From a virus (lineage: Duplodnaviria > Caudoviricetes): DNA of 55,993 nt. The notes under the pieces were generated by a model that was given only the letters and a program-made list of their open reading frames with translations, had not been told where the DNA came from and ran no database searches. Shown here piece by piece: positions 40,462 through 49,389 of this stretch. The translations under genes and the position numbers were made by a program. The number at the start of each line of letters is the position of its first letter. Position 1 is the first letter of the stretch. The stretch covers positions 1 to 55,993 of the IMG/VR virus record IMGVR_UViG_3300039106_000351; one strand, written 5' to 3'.

Positions 40462-40500
40462 AAAAAAAGGGGAAAGGAGTTTAGAACTCTTCTCCCCTTT
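40462..40500 (-). terminator. Rho-independent terminator
   Basis: Minus strand AAAGGGGAGAAGAGTT-CTA-AACTCCTTTCCCCTTT plus T-run, after the 570 aa gene. Confidence 0.8.
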
Positions 40501-40521
40501 AGAGTTAGTAATTAATTATTC

Positions 40522-42234
40522 TTAGTTACAAGAATTTACATTGTACGGGTTATAAACGGGTACTGCAGGGAATGGAATAGGAACTACACAAACTGTAGAA
40601 CAAGTATAACCTGTTGTATCACAAACATCTGAACAATTAGTTAACCAAGCAAGTGTATTAGCTTTAAATGTTACAAGTGGTGCTAAAGAGAATATCTCTA
40701 ACATGTATTGATCAGCATCAAATGTACCAGAAGGATTATAATTCCTTGGAACATTATGTTGTAACATATATCTGTAGTATAATGCAGTACGGTCAACTGA
40801 ACTAATAATTTGGTTTCCTTGAGTAATCTCACGAATCCTAAAGTCAGATGCTAAGAAGTTTTGTCTGTAAGATTCTGACATAGTCAAATCTCTTACTACA
40901 GTTTCTCCTAAACCTTGAACTTGAAGTCCTTGACATTCTGTTACTACACAAAGAGTAGTAAATGCACATGGATCACCATTATAATCTACTTCAGAAGCAT
41001 ATAATCTAACTGGCTCTTTCTCATAGAAATCAGAAAGTTGGAAAGTACAATCTCCAAATGTAGTATCTACATAAGCACCATTTAAAATTAAACCTGCACA
41101 AGCATTAGCAGTATGTCCTGGAGATACATAGTTATCCCAAGTAATAGCATTATTAAGAGCTAAAAATGCAGCTGATGTTCCAGGAGCATATAATAATTGA
41201 CCAAGTTCTGTTTGTACAACAACTTGTACAAAAGGACCTACAATTGGATTAGTAGTTAAACCATTTGCCCATAAGATCATTACTTCAGTTGAGTCAACTG
41301 CAACAGGAGCAATAGCACCAGCTGGACAACATCCTGTGTAAGCATCTTGTGTTGTATATGCATTGTGATTTAAGAATCTTAATGCAGGAGAACCTTTTAC
41401 ATCTACACGTAAAGAGTAAGTTTCACCACATAAATATTCTTTACAACAATCTGGAGAAATTCCACATCCTTCTTGAGCATGAGCTGTAGTTACTGAATTA
41501 GGACCTGCACCAACAGTATAAATTGCAAGAGTAACCGGTACACCAGTAGGAGAAACAATTGTAACTGTATCACCAGCTGCATATCCTTTACCAGGATTTA
41601 CAATACCAGTAACTGTTGGAACACCACCAGCTATTGTAATAGCTAATTCTAAACCAGTTCCTGTTCCTGTTACAGTTACTGTACCAGTACCAACTGGTGA
41701 AGCAGAGTTAGGAGTATAACCTACACCTGCAGTAGTAATAGATCCTGATAATACACCACCACCAGCAGTCCAATATGTTGAACCAACATGGATTACATTG
41801 TTTTGTGGAGCACATGGATCTACTGAATAAAAACGAGATACATACTTAGGGTTTACCATTTTAGACTTGTTAGTCTCTTGGTAACCACCAGTTAAAGGTC
41901 CAATTTTGTCATTAGAATAAATTGCAGAACCTGCAAGATATGCATTACAACAACCTGTTGAAGTAGAACTAACATCAATTGTTAAATTACTAGATGGACT
42001 AAACCATCCAATATATCCATCAGTAGTAGCTGTAGTAGCTGTTAAACCACCACCAGTAGTACTAATTGCTGATAATTGATTTAAACCATAAGTAGGCATA
42101 CCAGTTGATACTACATATCCTAAAGATGTTGTAACAGGAATTGTAGTATTATTAGGAAAAGTAACAGGAAATCCTGTTTGTGTCGGTCCTGTTGCCAGGA
42201 AGCTTTTTTTGAAAGCATGATTAAAATAAGCCAT
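40522..42234 (-). CDS. Abundant structural protein, probably auxiliary capsid/decoration protein
   Basis: 570 aa with its own promoter motif and terminator, suggesting high expression. Position matches the crAss-like gene after the first ring protein. Contains a GxGY-repeat insert. Confidence 0.55.
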   Translation of the reverse strand: MAYFNHAFKKSFLATGPTQTGFPVTFPNNTTIPVTTSLGYVVSTGMPTYGLNQLSAISTTGGGLTATTATTDGYIGWFSPSSNLTIDVSSTSTGCCNAYLAGSAIYSNDKIGPLTGGYQETNKSKMVNPKYVSRFYSVDPCAPQNNVIHVGSTYWTAGGGVLSGSITTAGVGYTPNSASPVGTGTVTVTGTGTGLELAITIAGGVPTVTGIVNPGKGYAAGDTVTIVSPTGVPVTLAIYTVGAGPNSVTTAHAQEGCGISPDCCKEYLCGETYSLRVDVKGSPALRFLNHNAYTTQDAYTGCCPAGAIAPVAVDSTEVMILWANGLTTNPIVGPFVQVVVQTELGQLLYAPGTSAAFLALNNAITWDNYVSPGHTANACAGLILNGAYVDTTFGDCTFQLSDFYEKEPVRLYASEVDYNGDPCAFTTLCVVTECQGLQVQGLGETVVRDLTMSESYRQNFLASDFRIREITQGNQIISSVDRTALYYRYMLQHNVPRNYNPSGTFDADQYMLEIFSLAPLVTFKANTLAWLTNCSDVCDTTGYTCSTVCVVPIPFPAVPVYNPYNVNSCN

Positions 42235-42261
42235 TTTGTTTTTTTGTTTTAGTTAATAATA

Positions 42262-42283
42262 TAATATACTATAATATAGTAAA
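42262..42283 (-). promoter_or_regulatory. Two overlapping variants of the promoter motif (TTTACTATATTA / TATAGTATATTA)
   Basis: Intergenic, upstream of the 570 aa gene. Confidence 0.45.
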
Positions 42284-42302
42284 AGTTTTTGATATAACAA
42301 AA

Positions 42303-42755
42303 TTATTTCAAAAACTTTAATTTATATTTAGCTGAGTTTAATGTAGACTTAACTGTGTCAAGATCATTTACTAATTCTGAGTAAGGCATTTTAGACTGTA
42401 AGTTAGATACCATACTAGTAATATCACGGATGTATGATAGAGCATCATCTACAGTATTTAATACTCTAGGAGATGTTTCAGAATATGAAAGTAGCATTTC
42501 TGCTGCTCCTTGGTAACCTTCTGCTAAATCATCAGCATGTCCTGGTAAAGCATCATATAATTCATTAAGAGCTTTATGAGCTGAAAATGATCCTACACCA
42601 GTTACTTTAAGATGTAGTTTATGAAAACTTGTTCCAGCATTCATTAATTCTGACACACAAGCTGCTGTCATTGTATCACAACTTCCTCCTGTAGGTGCAC
42701 TTGAGTATGATGAACTTTGTACATTATCTCTTCTTAACATTCTAGGTTTTTCCAT
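42303..42755 (-). CDS. Dps/ferritin-like protein
   Basis: FHKLHLKVTG..FSAHKALNELYDAL..HADDLAE matches the Dps-type H...H...DxxxE ferroxidase pattern; four-helix-bundle size. Confidence 0.75.
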   Translation of the reverse strand: MEKPRMLRRDNVQSSSYSSAPTGGSCDTMTAACVSELMNAGTSFHKLHLKVTGVGSFSAHKALNELYDALPGHADDLAEGYQGAAEMLLSYSETSPRVLNTVDDALSYIRDITSMVSNLQSKMPYSELVNDLDTVKSTLNSAKYKLKFLK

Positions 42756-42765
42756 TTTTTAGTTT

Positions 42766-43467
42766 TTAATTATTTCTTTCTGCTCCTTGAGTTCCTCTAC
42801 CATATTGACCCATTGATTCTATATCTCCAGCTATTATACTTACTGCTTCATCTATTATTAATTCTATTATATCATCTTTAAACTCACATGGTACATTTAC
42901 TGTAGACTGAAGATTAGTATAAGGATCTACACATCCTTGAATTTGAATTTTAATAGGTTGTCTATAATATGTAAACTCAACTTCTTGAATATCAAATTCA
43001 CCATTAGTGTAAATATTAATATCATTATTTATTAAAGTTGCAAAAGTTTCTGCCCATTCAAAACTTGGTTGTTTTAATTTATCTCTAAGTAATATTGATA
43101 CATTACCTTCTTCTGCAAGATATATCACCATTCTTCTTTTATCACAACAATCTTTTTTAGCAAATACATCTACTCTTTTCCATTGCAAATAATTTTCTGG
43201 AATATTTACAAAAGAATAATCACCCTTATCAATTGCATTAGTTAATGTAGCTTTATTTAAAAGAACTTGTAAATCATCTTTTCTTCTAGTAGATTGTTCA
43301 TCACCTTCTTTAACTACATTAATACCATGCAATTGTCTTCTAGACCATTCTACTTGAGCTTTATTAAAAGCTTCTACTATTTGCCAGCACTCTATATTAT
43401 CATAGTCTTGAGAATCAAGCTTATTGATCCTCTGTTTTATCTTTATGGTAATAGTACTATTTTGCAT
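42766..43467 (-). CDS. Head-tail ring / connector protein
   Basis: 233 aa. INKLDSQ..FNKAQ..DDLQVL, PSFEW.ET, YYRQP, EAVSIIAG motifs; conserved crAss-like gene downstream of the capsid block. Confidence 0.6.
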   Translation of the reverse strand: MQNSTITIKIKQRINKLDSQDYDNIECWQIVEAFNKAQVEWSRRQLHGINVVKEGDEQSTRRKDDLQVLLNKATLTNAIDKGDYSFVNIPENYLQWKRVDVFAKKDCCDKRRMVIYLAEEGNVSILLRDKLKQPSFEWAETFATLINNDINIYTNGEFDIQEVEFTYYRQPIKIQIQGCVDPYTNLQSTVNVPCEFKDDIIELIIDEAVSIIAGDIESMGQYGRGTQGAERNN

Positions 43468-43470
43468 GGA

Positions 43471-44094
43471 TTACTTCTTTTTACGTGCATTTTTCTTAGC
43501 ACCAACAATTCTATCAGCAGCAGTTGCTTTGTTAAAAGGAGGTGCTAATGCTGCAAATTTCTTAACTTTAGTTGCTCCACCTTTTTTATAAGGCATCAAA
43601 TTTTGAAGTTTTTCAGGTAAAGTATAATTAAAATCTTCTTGAGCACTATAAGCATCCATATATTTTTGATCATCATCAGAAAAATAACCAAAATTATTAT
43701 TTGGGTCTGGTGCTTTAGATGTACCATACTCATCTGATGTATAATACTGTCTTTCAGGATTATTTTTTTCTTTAGGATTTTCTTTATAGTACTTATTCAT
43801 AGGAGACTTAGCACCAAGTTGCCAAACATCATATGGAATTCTAGTTGTACCAGAACCCATAGTCTTAAATTGTTGACCAGGAGTAAATTCAGTATCTCTT
43901 TTCTTATTTGCAGCAGCTTCTTGTTGTTTTTTATATGCTTCATATCCAGCATCTATAACAGTACCATTATTAGCTTTTCTCAAAGTTTGTTTAGGTTCAG
44001 CAGATCTTTTTGCTTTTTGAGAATTAAAAAAACCTAATGGATTTCCAAGAGGATTTCCTAAAGGACCCATCTTAACTTTATTTGTCTTTTTCAT
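43471..44094 (-). CDS. Basic protein with LRKANNG / YKKGG motifs
   Basis: 207 aa ORF in the operon, ending FAALAPPFNKATAADRIVGAKK. Confidence 0.65.
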   Translation of the reverse strand: MKKTNKVKMGPLGNPLGNPLGFFNSQKAKRSAEPKQTLRKANNGTVIDAGYEAYKKQQEAAANKKRDTEFTPGQQFKTMGSGTTRIPYDVWQLGAKSPMNKYYKENPKEKNNPERQYYTSDEYGTSKAPDPNNNFGYFSDDDQKYMDAYSAQEDFNYTLPEKLQNLMPYKKGGATKVKKFAALAPPFNKATAADRIVGAKKNARKKK

Positions 44095-44096
44095 AG

Positions 44097-44243
44097 TTAT
44101 TTATTTTTAGCCATTTTTTTAAAAGTTCTTGCCAAAGCCTTTCTCTTTGGTGTACATGTAGGTTTAGACATAGGAGTACAGAAACCCTTATGTTTAGGGT
44201 TAACTGCTTTTTGTATCCAATTCTTATCCTTCTTAGTTGCCAC
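44097..44243 (-). CDS. Small basic protein (48 aa, GTG start), not in the ORF track
   Basis: MATKKDKNWIQKAVNPKHKGFCTPMSKPTCTPKRKALARTFKKMAKNK*. Fills the gap between neighbours with 2-nt spacers on each side. Confidence 0.75.
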   Translation of the reverse strand: MATKKDKNWIQKAVNPKHKGFCTPMSKPTCTPKRKALARTFKKMAKNK

Positions 44244-44245
44244 TA

Positions 44246-44674
44246 TTATTTCTTTTTAACACCTCCTCCAAACTTACTTATTTTATTTCCTTTATTATCA
44301 TACGTGTCTCTAATACTTTTAAGTTTTTCAAGTTTTCCTTTTTTAATAAGTTTATCTTCTTTTCTTTCTGCTCTACGTGCTTGTCCTCTTTCAGTAGTAA
44401 GAAGTCCAATTAGACCACCTGCTACACTTGCAATACCTAGATTTTTTAAAACTGAATTTGGTTTAGGATCACCTGGATCTCCACCTAATTTCATTTTTTT
44501 AACAGCACCAACACGCCCGCCTTTTTTCATAGTAGGTGCACTATAGTTTGTGGTTCCTTCTTGAGGAATACCATAGTTTAAACCCATCTTAGCTTTAGGT
44601 AATATTTTTTTAGGAGTAGCTCCACCTTTAGCCATTACTTTACCACCACATGATTTACACGCTAACTTTGCCAT
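44246..44674 (-). CDS. Small basic protein with multiple MxKGG motifs and one hydrophobic segment
   Basis: MAKGG, LPKAKMG, MKKGG, MKLGG, KFGGG; hydrophobic LGIASVAGGLIGLL. Confidence 0.65.
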   Translation of the reverse strand: MAKLACKSCGGKVMAKGGATPKKILPKAKMGLNYGIPQEGTTNYSAPTMKKGGRVGAVKKMKLGGDPGDPKPNSVLKNLGIASVAGGLIGLLTTERGQARRAERKEDKLIKKGKLEKLKSIRDTYDNKGNKISKFGGGVKKK

Positions 44675-44690
44675 AATTTCTATATTTTAT

Positions 44691-44933
44691 TTATTGTTTA
44701 GTAAAAGTATTTAATACATTGACTTGTTCCTGAGCTAATTTTTTTATATCAGCCATCATCTTAGTATTTTTTCTAATCTCATCAGCTCTTTTCAAAGTAC
44801 TTAAGGCAGATTCAACTTCATACTTTCTCATGTCAGCTTTATTACCACCAAAAATAGAAATACCTAATGAAGAACTCTTTTTAGCAGGTGTTGCTTTTGT
44901 TGTTGCTTTTGTTGTTGTTTTTTTAATTGCCAT
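44691..44933 (-). CDS. Small basic hypothetical protein
   Basis: 80 aa, Lys/Thr-rich N-terminus, helical C-terminus, A-rich leader. Confidence 0.65.
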   Translation of the reverse strand: MAIKKTTTKATTKATPAKKSSSLGISIFGGNKADMRKYEVESALSTLKRADEIRKNTKMMADIKKLAQEQVNVLNTFTKQ

Positions 44934-44945
44934 AATAAAAAATTT

Positions 44946-44976
44946 AAAAATCTAGGTACTTTTACATACCTAGATT
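44946..44976 (-). terminator. Hairpin, possible terminator
   Basis: AATCTAGGTA-N8-TACCTAGATT perfect 10-bp stem followed by T-runs on the minus strand. Confidence 0.55.
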
Positions 44977-44983
44977 AAAAATA

Positions 44984-45289
44984 TTAACACTTTCCTTTTT
45001 TCATTTTACTACCACCCATTTTATATTTAGTAGCTTTAACAGGACCACCTTTTTTAGACATACTTGGTTTAGACATAGTTGGTTTAGGTGTATTTAGTTC
45101 TTCATTTGCATTATTTATTAATTTTCTTGATGATTTTGCTCCCATTGCATAATTTTTTATTTTTCTAAATACTTTACCGGGACCTTCTTCTAAAGTATTT
45201 AAATCTTTTACTCTAGATCTTACACCTGATTTGATGGTTTGTTTTTCTTGTCTAGAAATTTTTTTGTCTTTATCATTAAGTAGTGCCAT
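44984..45289 (-). CDS. Small basic protein with KKGG / YKMGG motifs
   Basis: 101 aa, Lys-rich, ending SKKGGPVKATKYKMGGSKMKKGKC. Confidence 0.65.
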   Translation of the reverse strand: MALLNDKDKKISRQEKQTIKSGVRSRVKDLNTLEEGPGKVFRKIKNYAMGAKSSRKLINNANEELNTPKPTMSKPSMSKKGGPVKATKYKMGGSKMKKGKC

Positions 45290-45316
45290 TTTATTTTAGT
45301 TTTAAATTGTTTATAA

Positions 45317-46333
45317 TTAAGAGTTCCATAATTTTTCTACAGCCATGTTAAGATCTTTAAGAATATCTTCATTTAAAGGATTCTTCATGTACTCAACTAC
45401 ATCTGATACATTCCTACCAAGTAAAGCATTTGACTTTGCATGATAAATATAACCATCTGGCTTATTAATAATATACTTAAAAAATACGGAATCTCTAACA
45501 ATTGATTTAATTTTTAATGTTTCCATATCCATATTAGTTGCTTCAATGAAAGATTTTGCTGCTCTTTCCTTGTTGCTTTCTCCACCTTCACCATTAATGT
45601 ACATATCCATATTCTCATAGATAACATCATTTGGTGTTGACTTTCTATATTGTGTACTGTTAATATCTACTACTTTTGCAATGTAGAATAACTTAGTACT
45701 ATTCTTATCAAATAATTTTTGAAGTTCAGCTAAAGCTTTATTCCTCATTTTCTTGTATTCAGTTCTGATCATTACAGTCTCTTCCTCTTTGTCTAAGTAA
45801 AACTTAGGAGCTACTGCTCTAGATCTTGCATCATCAAAACTTTTTGCTACTATTGAAAAACCTCCTGCTTCAATAGCCATTAACTTAATTCTATCATATG
45901 GATCTTTTGCATCCAAAAATAAAGGGTCATTTCCACAAGCAATATTTATTTTATTCCAGAATGCTTTATTATCTGGTCTTAATAACTGAACTTTGCTCCA
46001 AAACTCTTTATCATCAATATCTATAACATTAGCAGCTAAATCTTTTTCAAGTTCTATAATTGCTAATCTAATTTCTCTTATTCTTGCTTCTCTAACTTCT
46101 GTTGGTAACAATTTAATCTCAGGAGCAAATTCATTTAATCCTGTTATATATCTTATTACACCATTGTTTTCTAGACAAGCTAGTTGTTCATAATGTTTCA
46201 CTCCATCATAAAGTGACATTCCATAATTTTCCAGCCCCATGTTAGTTGCTGCATTGTCAAAAAAAGGTCTAACTGCAATTGCTGTTTTTTTGTTGTTAGC
46301 CTTGTTGGTTTCCACCATTGTAAAATTTTCCAT
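45317..46333 (-). CDS. Conserved crAss-like protein following the MCP (gene 75-like)
   Basis: 338 aa. YITGL..FW..LD..DP..E....K.....A...L pattern; position immediately after the MCP. Confidence 0.6.
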   Translation of the reverse strand: MENFTMVETNKANNKKTAIAVRPFFDNAATNMGLENYGMSLYDGVKHYEQLACLENNGVIRYITGLNEFAPEIKLLPTEVREARIREIRLAIIELEKDLAANVIDIDDKEFWSKVQLLRPDNKAFWNKINIACGNDPLFLDAKDPYDRIKLMAIEAGGFSIVAKSFDDARSRAVAPKFYLDKEEETVMIRTEYKKMRNKALAELQKLFDKNSTKLFYIAKVVDINSTQYRKSTPNDVIYENMDMYINGEGGESNKERAAKSFIEATNMDMETLKIKSIVRDSVFFKYIINKPDGYIYHAKSNALLGRNVSDVVEYMKNPLNEDILKDLNMAVEKLWNS

Positions 46334-46364
46334 TGTTTTGGTTTTTGTTGGTTTATATTTAAGT

Positions 46365-46395
46365 AAAAAAAAGGGAGAGTATTAGTCTCCCTTTT
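46365..46395 (-). terminator. Rho-independent terminator after the MCP
   Basis: Minus strand AAAAGGGAGA-CTAATAC-TCTCCCTTTT plus further T's. Confidence 0.8.
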
Positions 46396-46411
46396 AGTTT
46401 GTTATTGTTTA

Positions 46412-48028
46412 TTAGAATGATCCACCAGTTACTGGGTTTCTCATAACTATTTTTAACACCTTAGTTGGATCTTTTACCCAAATTGCAGGCATGGTTTGTG
46501 ACATCATTACACGGTAACCATTGAATTGTCCAGAAGACTGGAATCCTTGGCTACGGCCCATGTAGTCCATTGTACCATTTTGGTACCACCACTTCAATTG
46601 ATTATCCCAAGATAATTTCAACATAAAGATATTATCATTTGTATTATCTGTGATATCAAAGATAATGAATGAGTAAGAACTTAATGGGAAACCATCAATG
46701 ATTGGATTCTCAATATCATTTGTATGTACATTGTCAAATGCAGGATTCAAGACAAACTTAACATTTGCCAAGAAAGGAATTACATAAGATGTGTAAGAGA
46801 AACCAAAGTTCAAGTCCATACCTTTACCAGTGATAGCACCAATATCAGCAGCTTGAATTAATAAACCTGAAGAAACTGCTTCTTGTTTAATAGCTTCATT
46901 TACCATACGCATTCCACCCATACCTGTTTGAACTACTAGAGAACGCTTAGGATCTGGACCTTGGAATTCAACCTTACCATTGAAGAAGTTATAGATTTCT
47001 CCACGGAACAAGTCAAGTGTAAAGTTATTTTTGTTGTATACTCTTTTGAAAGAGTTATCCAACTGCTTCCATAAACCTACAGATAATCTTACATCATCTG
47101 GACCATCTTGACGAACTCTACCACCATGACCCCACATTAAGTAAGTCTCAATATCAGTTGCTACCTTAGAAAGGTGAGCAGCTTCCATATTAGTTAAGAA
47201 AGTTCTAGAAAGATCTCCATTATCAAATGCTTTTTTCACTTTGTCTTTACCCATAGTCTTAACCATATCTTCCAAAGAAGCAATAGAAGGATCTATGTTT
47301 TTATCAAATGTTCTCCAGATTTCAGTTACAGGAACTGTACCATCTGCATTCATTCCACCTTTGATCATTAAGTCTGCTCTTGAAGATACAGAATAGTGAA
47401 CGTGAGCTTCAGCACCACCAACATAGTTATAGAATTCACGGAATCCTGTGTTAGTGATAATGTCAGAGAATCTCTCACCATATTCACCTCTTGCAGAACC
47501 TTTACGGAATACTTTAGTACCATTAGTAAGATACTTATTATCTATAAATTTATAGTTGTCATTATTAACTAATTGTACTGTGTATATAAAACCATCACCC
47601 ATTGGAAGAATATCTTCTGCAGTGATGTACATCTCACAACCATTGTATTTGTCATAAGTGATGATATCACCATGTCCAAATTCTCTTTTATTTAACTTGA
47701 TACGGAAGGTTGTACCATCTATACCTTTAAAGTCATTACCTGACTCAATGTCTTCTATAATGAAAGGAAGATCTACAGAGACAGGAGTCTGCCACTTGTA
47801 CTCTCCACGAGCATTATCAACATTAATTACATTCTTACCACCAAAAGATGATAATTGGTAAAGAGGCATTTCAACTCTTTGAGCCATTGCCCAAAGGTCT
47901 ACTGGACCTAAGTCCATTGGTTCTGCATCTTTCAGCATATTCACCAGGTGGTATGAATCCACATGGGAACTTGCCGCATAGGCTGTATCCCGTAGGAATA
48001 TGCCATTGTTCATTACTGGAGTTGCCAT
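46412..48028 (-). CDS. Major capsid protein (crAss-like, HK97 fold)
   Basis: 538 aa in the order terL-portal-acidic gene-MCP. Motifs EYKW, ETYLMWG, GLWKQL, QTGMGGM, NPAFD, IWVKDPT. Visibly more C-ending codons; followed by a terminator. Confidence 0.85.
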   Translation of the reverse strand: MATPVMNNGIFLRDTAYAASSHVDSYHLVNMLKDAEPMDLGPVDLWAMAQRVEMPLYQLSSFGGKNVINVDNARGEYKWQTPVSVDLPFIIEDIESGNDFKGIDGTTFRIKLNKREFGHGDIITYDKYNGCEMYITAEDILPMGDGFIYTVQLVNNDNYKFIDNKYLTNGTKVFRKGSARGEYGERFSDIITNTGFREFYNYVGGAEAHVHYSVSSRADLMIKGGMNADGTVPVTEIWRTFDKNIDPSIASLEDMVKTMGKDKVKKAFDNGDLSRTFLTNMEAAHLSKVATDIETYLMWGHGGRVRQDGPDDVRLSVGLWKQLDNSFKRVYNKNNFTLDLFRGEIYNFFNGKVEFQGPDPKRSLVVQTGMGGMRMVNEAIKQEAVSSGLLIQAADIGAITGKGMDLNFGFSYTSYVIPFLANVKFVLNPAFDNVHTNDIENPIIDGFPLSSYSFIIFDITDNTNDNIFMLKLSWDNQLKWWYQNGTMDYMGRSQGFQSSGQFNGYRVMMSQTMPAIWVKDPTKVLKIVMRNPVTGGSF

Positions 48029-48056
48029 TTTTATATTTGTTTTATTTGTTACTTAA

Positions 48057-49289
48057 TTAAAATCTTCTAAACATATTACCTTTAGAAAATGTTTTTTGTT
48101 CTGACCTTCCACTTGGTTTCCTAGTATCATTGTCATAGTGGTTATTTACTGAAGAAGTAAGTTTTCTTGATTCTTCTGTTTTTAACTGTCTTACTACTTT
48201 TTCAGTTACTTGTTTACCTGCTTGCTCTTTTATTTTTGATTTATATCCTGTTGGATCTGCAAGTAACCAAAGTGCTTCTGCAATCAAGTCATGTCTTGGT
48301 TCTACAAACTGATATTTCTCTAAAAGGTGGCCTAATAAATTAGTAGGTTTTCCTGATATAGAAGGATAATTTGGTTGAACAAGACCTGAAAATAATAAAC
48401 TTTGAATTTTTTTATCAAGCTTTATTCCACTTATATTTCCAGCTGCTAAAGTATTATAAACATTATCTTGATATGCTTTTGCTTGATGAGCTTGTTTATT
48501 TTTTTTCTGCTCTTGTTGTGCTAACTCATATGCAACAACCTCTTCTTGCATTGCATCTAATTTTGGTTTAAATGTTTTAGCTTTTTGCTCTAACTTATTT
48601 AAATCTTTCCAATCTTGAATTTCTTCTTCAATTTCTTCTGGACTTCCAAATTGAGTAGTATGTAAATATCTTCTTGCAATTTCAGCTTGATCATATTCAT
48701 CTGTTGGATCAAGTTGTCTCATTTCTTCTACATGAGCAAGAGTTCTAAATAAACCTTTAAGATCTTGTCCACCATCGGCTACATATTTAGCAGCATATTG
48801 AAGTTCTTCTGGTAAAGCATTAAAGAATTCTCTTGGAGTATTTTCTCTAATTACATTTTCTCTTTCTTGAAAATTTGCTTCAAATAACTCTCTAAAATCT
48901 TTTGTTGAATATTCATCTAAAGACTTATCATCATCAAAAGCCATTAAAGATCCTTCTTCAATCATTTTAGAAGCTAATTCATAAAGACCTGATTTATCTA
49001 CTTTAGGTCTACCTTTATTACCAGCATCTTCTTCTTGAGATATTAAATCATCAAGTTCAGCTATTGCTTCTTTTACTTCTTCATTCTGTGCTTCCTTTTC
49101 TGTAAAGGAAGACTTGTCAAGGAACGTAGTGTCTACATTTTCTTTAGAAAACATAGTCTTTGGTTTTTCTTCTTCGGATGGGAGCATGATATTATCAGCT
49201 CCAGGCATTCCAAACATCTCATCAATATTAACATCTACTTGTTCTACCGTTGTAGAATTTAGCATTTGGTTTTCATCTTCTTCTTTCAT
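48057..49289 (-). CDS. Acidic scaffold-like protein (crAss gene 77-like)
   Basis: 410 aa, acidic N-terminus, coiled coil, between portal and MCP. Confidence 0.65.
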   Translation of the reverse strand: MKEEDENQMLNSTTVEQVDVNIDEMFGMPGADNIMLPSEEEKPKTMFSKENVDTTFLDKSSFTEKEAQNEEVKEAIAELDDLISQEEDAGNKGRPKVDKSGLYELASKMIEEGSLMAFDDDKSLDEYSTKDFRELFEANFQERENVIRENTPREFFNALPEELQYAAKYVADGGQDLKGLFRTLAHVEEMRQLDPTDEYDQAEIARRYLHTTQFGSPEEIEEEIQDWKDLNKLEQKAKTFKPKLDAMQEEVVAYELAQQEQKKNKQAHQAKAYQDNVYNTLAAGNISGIKLDKKIQSLLFSGLVQPNYPSISGKPTNLLGHLLEKYQFVEPRHDLIAEALWLLADPTGYKSKIKEQAGKQVTEKVVRQLKTEESRKLTSSVNNHYDNDTRKPSGRSEQKTFSKGNMFRRF

Positions 49290-49312
49290 GTTGGTTGGTT
49301 TTAATTATACTT

Positions 49313-49324
49313 TAATATACAAAA
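49313..49324 (-). promoter_or_regulatory. Putative phage promoter motif TTTTGTATATTA
   Basis: Motif copy 23 nt upstream of the scaffold-MCP operon start. Confidence 0.6.
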
Positions 49325-49389
49325 TAAACTTTAGTTATTTAAAATAAATGTAAAAAAAAAATTTTTTTTTTGGAATATATAGCTAAGTA

